A DNA stretch of 64,000 nt from Cyanophora paradoxa CCMP329. Taxonomy: Eukaryota > Plantae > Glaucophyta. Below are positions 23,870-32,743 of the stretch, in pieces. The position numbers and the translations under genes were made by a program. The stretch covers positions 310,001 through 374,000 of the forward strand of contig QPMI01000432.1 in NCBI GenBank assembly GCA_004431415.1. Direction: 5' to 3'. The notes under the pieces are model-generated. The model was not told the DNA's origin and did not search any database. It saw nothing but the letters and a program-made list of their open reading frames with translations. The stretch's first letter is position 1, and each line of letters opens with the position of its first letter.

Positions 23870-25570
23870 CTTGCAGTCTTTCGTCGGCAGCTGCGGGACC
23901 TGGTCGAGTCGGCGCGCCGCCTTTCGGAGCGGGAGATCGGCTCGATCCTCGCTCAACTCGCAAGCGTGATGCGCTCCGCGTCGGCCCGGCCCCCGCAGCC
24001 TGTGCCGGCGCTGACGCTGCGGCGCCGGCCGCGCGTGCGCAGCTCGATCACATCCACAGCGCGCCGGTCGCCGTCTTCGATGAGCGAGGCCTCCGCGTCA
24101 AGGGCACGCTCGCCCACTGCGACCTGACGGCGCGTACCCCCCTTCCTCGCTCCCTTGCTCCCCTCGTCCCCGCCCTGAGCCGCCCCGCAGCTGGACAACG
24201 TTTTCTACGTCCAGCGCGGCGGCCGCATCATCGTTAAGCTGGGGGATTTTGGCATCTGCCGCATCGAGTCCACCGGCGCGAGCTCGCCAGCGCAGGTGCC
24301 CCTCCCCCGCCCCTCCCCAACCCCCCCTCCCCCCCCCCTCCCCTTCCCCCGCCCCTCCTCCCCCCTCCCTTCCCCCGCCCCTCCCCTTCCCCCGACCCTC
24401 CCCCCTCCTCCCCTTCCCCCGCCCCATCCCCCACTCCCCACCTTCCCCCCTCCCCCCCCCCCCCGCTCCCCTCCCCGGTCTTCGATACCCCCGGATTCGA
24501 GCTCGGCCGCCCCTCCTCAGAACGGCTTCGTCAACCTCTCGATCGCACCGGAGGTCGGCCTCACGAGCGGCGCCCAGTGCGACTGGCGGTCGGACGTGTT
24601 CGCCCTGGGCGTGATCCTGCTCTCCCTGTGGGCCGGCGTCGCGTTCCAGTGGGACCGCGTGCGCGCCTCTCTGAAGCGGCGCCGCGCCCGCGCTCACGCC
24701 GCGCCCGTCGGCGCTGGCAGGACGGCACCGACCCGCGGGATCTGGTGCCGGCGCTGGGCGAGGTGCGCTGGGCGGCGCGTGCGCGCCCGCGGCGCCTCCC
24801 GCCGGCCTCTGACACCGTCGCTTCCGTGCCAGGTCGAGGGGGAGGACGGAGCGGCGGGCGACAGCCGCGGGCTCGCCGCGCTGGGGCGCGACCTGCTCAA
24901 CCCCGACCCCGCGAGGTGCGCGAGGCCCCGGCCTGCGGCGGGGGCCCTCCCGCCCCGCCCCGCCCCGCCCCGCCCCGCCCGACGGGGCCGGCAGGCGGCC
25001 CTCCGCGAGGGAGGTGCTGCGGAGGCTCGCCTTGGGCGCTGGCGACGCCGCGCAGGCCCTCCGCGCCCCCGCCGACGGCGCGCCGGCCCCGGCCCCGGCC
25101 CCCGCAACCGCCATCGAGACGCTCAGGCGGAAGACATGGGGTACGCGCCCTTCGCCCCTGCCCCACAAGCTTGTCGCTCGCTGCTGCCGCTGCCCGGCTG
25201 ACGGGGCCCTCAGCGCGGGCCTGCGACCCGCACGCGTACGCGGTCGCTGGGGGCCGCCCGGTGGGCTTCGGGGCCGCCGTCGCGGCCGCGTGCACGCCGC
25301 CGCAGCCGGCCGCAAAGCGGCCGCGGGCGGAGGCCCCCGCGGCGGCTGCCGCCGGGCCGGCGCCCGCCATGCATACGGCCAGCAGCTGCGGTTGGTGGCC
25401 GGCGGCGGCAGCGGCGCAGACCGGGCTCTATGGCCCCGCGGCCGGGCGGGGCACTGTGGTGGCTCGGGAGCTCGAGGCGATGCAGACGCCGTCGACGTCG
25501 CCGCGCATCTCCGCGAATTTCGAAGCTCTTGATCATGATCATGATCATATGCATGTACATGTACATGTGT
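23870..25570 (+). CDS. Protein kinase-like protein (C-lobe clear; N-lobe and both ends uncertain)
   Basis: LRDLVESARRLSEREIGSILAQLAS...DHIHS, HCDLT|LDN, VKLGDFG, IAPEV, WRSDVFALGVIL, LLNPDPAR. Confidence 0.7.
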
Positions 25571-26164
25571 GACTCAGTGCCACGGTGACTCAGGCTAGAC
25601 TGGCGGGACTCGGGGCCCGGGGAGTTCGAATTCTAGCCTCCTTGCCTACAGCTGCATGGAGCCTGGAGGCGCCGGCGGGGCCGCCGGGCCCGCGGCCGGG
25701 GCCCGGGGGCGGCCGGGGAATCGGCGGGGATCCCCGGACGGCCGCGGACTTCAATCTCGAATTCAAAGCTCTAGATCTTTTCTCGGTCTTCAAGTCTTGA
25801 TATCGATATCGATCTTAATTGATATTGATCACCGGATCGGATCACTGAGTCATCATGATCATAGCATGATCACCGTGGCACTCGGTGCACGGTGACCGTC
25901 GGACCGGGGATCCGGATCATCGGATCACTGCGCATGCAGCATGCGCATGCATGCGCACAGTGATGCACTGCGCATGCGGCACTGCGGCACTGCGCGCGCG
26001 GCAGCTGCAGCTCAGCCTGCAGGTCCCACGTGCACGTGCATCGGCCGCGGGTGCCGCATGCGCAACGCGTACGGCGGCAACGTGCGGCCGGCCGCGGCCC
26101 GGGCATGCGCAGCGCATGCAGCGCATTATACGTTGGCGGCGCAACTTGGCGCGATGATATGAAG

Positions 26165-28015
26165 CCGCGGCCGTAAGCGCTAGCGCTAGCGCTGGCGCGG
26201 CGCTGGCGCTCGATATCAAGCACGCGCGCCAACGTCTCGCAGTTCGAATTTCGGCTGCGGCGAAACCCAACTATATTCGACGCGCGCAGCAATGATGTTT
26301 TGCAAGCCGGCCAGTTGCAACGGCGCCGGGGTACACCGCCCGACGGTTCATGGGACAATAATGCTATGGGCCGGTACCAAAACTCGGCCTTGGTGCCTTG
26401 GTGCTCACACTCGTTCGTTCGACCTTCTAGCAGCCACAGCCAGCCTAGGACACCATGGCCCCCGCGTTCGTCGTTGCGGCCCCGGCCACCATCTCCACCC
26501 GCGGCGCGCCCGTCGTCGCCCGCCCGGCGACCTCGAACGTCGCGGCGCTCCTGAAGCAGCGCCCGGCGCGCGCGGCCCACCAGTTCAGCACTGAGCGCAA
26601 GTTCGTTGCTGATGCCGAGATTACCTTCTCGGTCCAGGCCAACGGTGAGGCAGCCAGCCGGGGGGGCGCGCACGTGGCCCCTGCGCGCGCAATGACATCG
26701 GAGCGTCGCGCGCGCAGGCATGAAGCAGGTTGAGACCGCGCTCTCGACCGCGTCGTCGGCGCTCAAGGGCGCGTCGCGCGCTCTGGACGCGACCAAGGAC
26801 GCCGTCGGCTCGGCTGCGCGCGCCCTTGACACCGCCGCCGACTCCGTCGACGACGCCGTCCGCGCCGTCGGCGGCTCGCCCGCGTCGTACGGCTCGTCCT
26901 CGTACGCGGAGCCGGCCTACGGCTCGTCCTCCTCGTACGCCGCCCCGGCCGCCTCGTACTCGGCGACCTCCTCCATCGCCGCCCCGGTGTCGTCGTCCTA
27001 CAGCGCCAAGCCGATCAACCACGGCTACTCGTCGTCGGGCTCGTTCGGCTCCGGCTACTGTGCGCCCCGCCCCGCCGCCCGCCCGCCAGCGACGCGCGCC
27101 GCCGCTCACAGCGACCGCAGCGATCGCCTCGAAGCCGGCCGGCGGCATCTCGCCCCCGCGCTCGACCACCGTGATCCCCTCGGGCCCGGGCTACAGCATC
27201 GCGTCGCGCCCGACCTCGATCTCGCCCCCGCGCACCCAGCAGGTCCCGTCCGGCCCCGGCTACTGTGAGCCCGCCCCGCCCCGCCGCGCCCCCGCCCCGC
27301 GTCGCAGCGCTGACGGTCGGCGCGCAGCGATCGCGTCCAAGCCGGGCTCGTACTCGTCGACTAGCTACAGCGCGCCCGCGTCCTACTCGGCGCCGGCCCC
27401 GAGCTACAGCGCCCCGGCCCCGAGCTACAGCGCCCCGAGCTCGTCCAGCTACGGCTCGTCTGGCCAGATCAACCACGGCTACTCGTCGTCGGGCTCGGGC
27501 CAGATCAACCACGGCTACTCGACCAAGCCGATCAACCACGGCTACTCGTCGTCGAGCTCGTCGTCGTACAGCGCCAAGCCCATCAACCACGGCTACTCGT
27601 CCTCGTCCTCGTCCTCGTACGGCTCGTCCTCCTCGTCGTACGGCTCGAGCTCCTCGAGCTCGTTCTCGATCGCGAGCCCCGCCGGCGGCGCCAGCTCGTA
27701 CGTCCCGACCTCGGGCTCCAACTTCTCCGGCTCGGGCTACAGCATCGCGTCCCGCCCCACCAACGTCTCCCCCCAGCGCTCCACCACCCCCGTCCCCTCG
27801 GGCCCCGGCTACAGCATCGCGGCCCGCCCCGCCGGCGGCTACACCGCGCCCCAGACCCGCCCCGTCCCCTCGGGCCCGGGCTACTCCATCGCCGCCCCCG
27901 TCCGCGGCTATTAAGCGTCTGCTCCTCGAACCGTAGTCTGCGCATATTCTCCTGTACTTAGCTCAGAAGGTTCCGTTCTGCTTTCGGATTCTCTCGGCTC
28001 GCGTCAATTTTGAGC
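26165..28015. repeat. Right arm of the inverted segmental duplication (partner 17265-19090)
   Basis: Near-identical exons; indel-bearing upstream region and introns relative to the left arm. Confidence 0.9.
26455..27914 (+). CDS. Plastid-targeted Ser/Gly/Tyr/Pro-rich repeat protein, copy B (exons 26455-26644, 26718-27059, 27121-27264, 27328-27914; 420 aa)
   Basis: The four GT-AG-bounded exons total 1263 nt and form one open frame. Transit peptide, helical segment, 6 GYSIA (+1 FSIA) and 5 INHGY motifs. Confidence 0.88.
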
Positions 28016-28602
28016 TTCTTTCGGAGCCGCGGCCCCGCGCCGATGGCTCAATTTCACTGTTGGTAGATCGCCAACGACCAGCATGATACAGTGTACTTGT
28101 ACTTGAATTTGTTGAATACTACAGAAGATATCTTACACGTCGCTGGCAATTGCGCACTGGGGTGAAGTTGGGGTCGAGTGAATGCCATTAAGAGGATCTC
28201 CACTAAAGCCTTGAAGCCTTGAATCACTGAATACTAATCTGATATCTTATAATTATATGATCATGATGACTTCGCATCTTCTGCCGTGCCACTGGGCCAC
28301 GGTGTTTGCTACCTCGCAAAATTGGCTGCCAGGCTGGACCTTAGAAACTTTAAATTTAGCTTCAGGCTTGATAAAGCGGCTGCCAGGCTGTATGCGCGTG
28401 CGCATCGCCGGCGCGCACGCCCGGCCGTCAGGGCGTGGCGGCGCGCCTGGCGACCGGGCCCCACTCCCACCGTTTCAACACCGCGTGCGGTTAGTGCTTT
28501 GCGACACTGACAGACGTCGACGAGTACTTGTCCGAGGCTAACACGGCTAGGCCTAGGCCAAGGTGCGCTGCCGCAGTGCAGCTAAGGCGCCGGCCGGGGG
28601 CG

Positions 28603-31600
28603 CTACGAAGAGGGGGCCCCGGCGGCGCGGGAGGGCGACGCCTTGCCCCAGTCGCCCTGCATCACCGTCCGCTGCGCGTGCTGCAGGGGCCCCAGTCAGG
28701 GGCAGGGGGGGCGGGGCAGGCGGGAGGATCGAAGGCCCGGGCTGGGCGGATGGGGAAACAGGAGGGCAAGGAAAAGTAGAGGAATCTTAAACAAGAGTCC
28801 ATTTAGGTCTACCAAGGAACAGCCCATCCAGGTCTCGTCTACCGAGAACCGGTCTGCAGGCGGGCGGGCGGACCTGGCGGAGGAGGGAAACAGAGGAGGG
28901 CAAGGAAAGGAGAGGAAACGAGAAGAATTGCGAGAGTCTATTGGAAGTCTAACTAGAAGAGCGAAACTAGAAGAACTAGAAGTCCATCTTTCCATCTCGT
29001 GCTAAGACAGGAATCTGAGGGATCTGGTCGGGCGGGGGGGGGGGAAGGGCGGGCGGACCTGGCGGAGGAGGGAAACAGAGGAGGGCAAGGGAAGGAGAGG
29101 AAACGAGAAGAATTGCGAGAGTCTATTGGAAGTCTAACTAGAAGAGCGAAACTAGAAGAACTAGAAGTAAGTCCATCTTTCCATCTCGTGCTAAGACAGG
29201 AATCTGAGGGATCTGGGCGGGGAAGGGGGGTGCGGACCTGGCGGAGGAGGTGGTCGGCAAGGACGAGGGCCGTCATCGCCTCCACCATCGGCACCGCCCG
29301 CGACAGCACGCACGGGTCGTGCCGCCCCTGCTCGCGAGAGAGGAAGAGGAAGAGGAAGAGGGGCGAGGAGGGTGGCCCGCCGTCAGCGTAGGGCGGCGGA
29401 AGAATTCGAAGGCAGGGGGGGCGCTCAAGTTATTATTAACGTTTCTATTAACGTTAGAGTCTTAATATGTATTATCTTTTGCATCAGAATCGTCTCGTTC
29501 GCCATCTCTAGAGGGACGGGGGTCACAGGCCGGCCGAAGGGTTCGAGGCTCCCCGCCCGCCTGGCCGAGCGGCAGGCGGCTCTACCACATCTAGCCGCCG
29601 CCGAGCCCAGCCCGGCCCGGCCCGGCCCCTCGGCCGCCCCCGAGGGGGACCCCGGAGAAGGGAAGGAGCAGGGGCGCAGGGGGCGATTGCAGAACTAGGC
29701 GAGCGCAAGAAGGGGTGCGAAGAGAAGGAGAAGGGGGCCCGGGCCGTCTCCCTTTAAAGAGGCCCGCCTAGCGCCCAGGCCGCGTGTCCCCTGAAGCTAT
29801 CCTTTCCTAAGGGCGGCGTTACCATTAACGTTTCTATTAACGTTAAGAGTCTAAATACGTGTTATTTTTTCCATCTGGATCGTTCGCCCATCTGCGCTGC
29901 ACGGACCTTGGCGCGGAGGGTGGTCTCTTCGCCGTCGGAGGTGACGGTGCGCTGCTCGATCGCGATCGTCGAGGTCGGCTTGAAGGCGACCCGCACCACC
30001 TGCGAGCCCGCCGCGTCAGACCGCGCGCCCCCGCCCTCGCCCGCCCGCGTCAGACCCCCGGCCGCGGCCCGGTCGGCCGGGCTCCTCTATTTTATCTATC
30101 CCATCCGCCGCCCCGCCGCCCCGCCCTCTTTGCGATCCGCGTCAGACCGCGCCCGCCCGCCCGCCCGCGTCAGACCCCCGGGCGCCTCTGTCTCATCTAT
30201 CTCATCCGCCGGCCCACCCCGCCCTGGCGCCCGGAAGGGGTACAGGGGCTGCAGGGCGGCGCACGATGTCCTCGCCGTTGGAGATGCCGCCCTGGATGCC
30301 CCCCGAGCGGTTCGTCCGCGTCCGGATCTGAGGCGGGGGCGCCGTCAGCGCGCGGCGGGGCGGGGCGGGGCGGGGCGGGAGGGCGGGCAGGGGGGAGGAC
30401 GGCCTGACGGGCAGGCACGCCGGGCTGGTATAGATTGCTAGATTGATACTTTGAGCCCCCTAGATGCTTGAAAGAGCTTAGAGCGTCTCGGGCGGAGCGC
30501 GCGGCCGTCTAATCTAATCTAAATCTAAAGAGCGCCCTTATCGCCTCCCTGATATGCCTCCCTGAGCCTTGCGGGCGGGCGGGCGGGGGGCGCACGTGGC
30601 CGTCCTGGTCGACGTAGAACTCGTCGTTGTGCTCCTGGCCCGTCAGGAGCGTCCCCTCAAAGCCCGAGCCCACCTGCGGACCAGCGAAGGCCGCGTTCAG
30701 AGAAGGGGCGCTCAGCGTTCGTTCACCAGCGGGGCCGGGGCGGGGCCGGGGCGGGGCCTGGCTAGTGGCGCGGCTCGCTAATGGGGGAGGGAGGAAGGCG
30801 GCGTTTGACGCAGGAGCGCTCAGCGTTCACGAGCGGGGCCGGGGAGGGGCGGGGCGGGGCCGACCTCGAAGCCCTTGGACGCCGGGAGCGACATCATGCC
30901 TGCGAGCGGGCGGGTGAGGGTGAGGCCGGCGGGAAGCGCGCGCTGGTCTGTTCTTCTTCGGGTTCCGAGGTTCTTTGGCTGGCTAGTGGCGCGGCTCGCA
31001 GGGGCGGGCGACAAAGATATGATCCGAGGCGGAGGCGGCGAGGCGAGGCGGGGCCGTGGCCGTGGCCGCGGGGGCGGGGCGGGGCGGGGCGGGGCGGGCC
31101 CTTGGCGAGGTCGGCCTCGAGCTTGTCGAAGACGGGGGCGCCCAGGCCCACGGGGACGCCCCGCGCCACGCACTCCACCACCCCCCCGATCGAGTTCCTG
31201 CGGAGCGGGAGCGGGAGCAGGGGCTGCTTAGGCGGGGGCGCGGGCAGGGAAGCTTGCTTGGGCGAGCGAGCCTTGGTTCTAGCATGAGGGGCGGGGGCGG
31301 GGCGGGGCGGGTGCGGGGCGGACCCCTTCTTGCGGATCTCGTCGATGACCGCGAGCATGCGCTCCGCGGCCGCCGCGTCCGGGCACCGTACGATGTTCGA
31401 CTCCACCTGCGGCGACGCTCACCGAGGCGGCGGAGAGCAAGGGCGGCCGCCCCGCGAGCCTGCTCGAGAGTGACCGCGGAGGGGTCGATCGAGGCCTCCA
31501 CCTGAGAGGCCGGGCTCGACGAGTACTCTCAGTCAGGAATCGGGGGGTACGTGCGCGCACGTCGCGGACGCGCTTGACGTAGCCCACGATCTCGACGCCG

Positions 31601-32694
31601 GCCGCCGCCGCCAGGATCTTCTTGGCGATCGCTCCGGCCGCCACTCTGGAGGCCGGGGCGCCGGGCGTGTCGGGGGCGGATGGGGGGAGCTGGGCGGGCG
31701 GGCGGGCGGGCGCGCTGCCGCACCGGCCGATGGTCTCGCGGGCGGAGGAGCGGCCGCCGCCGGCGACGGAGCGGAGGCCGTACTTCTGGTCGTACGTCAT
31801 GTCCGCGTGCGAGGGGCGGTACTTCACCTGCGAGCGAAGCAGGCGCCCCCAAGCGCGCTCGCTCGGACGGGAACGCGGGCGGCGCCGGAGGGCGGGAGGC
31901 GGGGCAGCGGGCGCACGGCCATGTCTTCGTAGTCGCCCGAGCGCTGGTCCTTGTTCCGCACCAGCATGGCGATGGGCGTCCCTGCGGCCCGCCCGCCCGC
32001 CCACCCCGCTCGGCACGCCGCCCGCCGCGCCCCGCCGCCGCCCGCCCGCCCCGCAGCGCAGCGCACCGGTCGTAAGACCATCCGCCACGCCGGAGAGAAT
32101 CTCGACGAGATCGTCCTCCTTGCGGGGCGTCGTGATGCGGCTCTGGCCGGGCTTTCGCCTGCGGCGCGGCACGTCACGGCCCGACGCGCCCGCGAGGCGA
32201 GCGGAAGCCGCGGGAAGCTCGGAGAGGACGCTCGAACCTGTCAAGCTCCGCCTGGATCTCCTCGACGGTGATCGGCAGCGAGGGCGGGCAGCCATCGACG
32301 ATCACACCGACGCCCCCACCGTGCGACTCGCCGAACGTGGAGATGCGGAACAAATGTCCGAACGAGTTGCCGAGGCCCGCCCGCGTGCGCAGGTCTCCCT
32401 CCGGCTGCGCGCGGGCGTCGAGATATTAGCTGAGCGGCGGTCGCGGATCGGCCAGCGTACCTTCGGGGCCAGACGGACGGCGGCCAGCCGGGCGCAGTCC
32501 ACCTCGCCGAACAGCGCCTCATGACGGGCGGAGCGCACGAACATGCCCGCTCGGCACGGGGCCGGGAGGAAGGCCGAGGTCCGGCGCGCCGCCGGCGCGG
32601 CGCGGGCCCCCGCGGCCTGCCGGCTGCACAGCGCAGACGACGCCGACGGGGCCGCGAGGCCCTGGGGCGCGACGATCGCTGCGTTGCAGAACAT
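28603..32694 (-). CDS. aroC: Chorismate synthase, plastid-targeted, multi-exon
   Basis: Transit peptide [10 protein letters not shown]..., [82 protein letters not shown]|[18 protein letters not shown]...LLRQ|HAQ. Confidence 0.97.
28861..29250. repeat. ~180-185 nt tandem duplication inside the last aroC intron, carrying copies of the exon end and donor site
   Basis: The unit beginning GGCGGACCTGGCGGAGGAGG recurs at about 28867, 29052 and (as the true exon end) 29232. Confidence 0.9.
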
Positions 32695-32743
32695 TGCTCG
32701 ACAAACTGCCGTACCCCCACACCAAAATCGATTTTCTTCAGCG
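32695..32743. promoter_or_regulatory. Putative ultra-short bidirectional promoter/5' UTR region between aroC and the divergent gene
   Basis: Only 49 nt between the inferred divergent ATGs (32694 on -, 32744 on +); locally AT-richer. Confidence 0.45.

Noticed and set aside
24296-24480. Poly-C/G tracts (also ~12578, ~48060-48110, ~51480-51540) as G-quadruplex elements or poly-Pro coding
   Set aside because: Mostly intronic or intergenic extremes of the general C-rich intron bias. Homopolymer lengths may be sequencing errors.
25570-25595. TGACTCA AP-1/GCN4-like sites
   Set aside because: They lie within generally palindrome-rich tracts, including between convergent genes, so a specific regulatory role is unsupported.
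26246-26252. GAATTTC matching the Chlamydomonas low-CO2 enhancer consensus GANTTNC upstream of both repeat-protein copies
   Set aside because: The motif is too short and degenerate, and comes from a distant lineage, so it is expected by chance. Not used as evidence.
27370-27900. Short repeats resembling a CRISPR array or minisatellite
   Set aside because: The repeats are in-frame coding motifs with synonymous variation. There are no constant-length unique spacers and no cas genes, and the context is eukaryotic.
17265-28015. Inverted arms as terminal inverted repeats of a DNA transposon
   Set aside because: The arms are complete intron-containing host genes. No transposase or target-site duplication is seen.
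28696-29391. ORFs with duplicated [21 protein letters not shown] peptides
   Set aside because: Products of the intronic tandem duplication in aroC, not independent genes.
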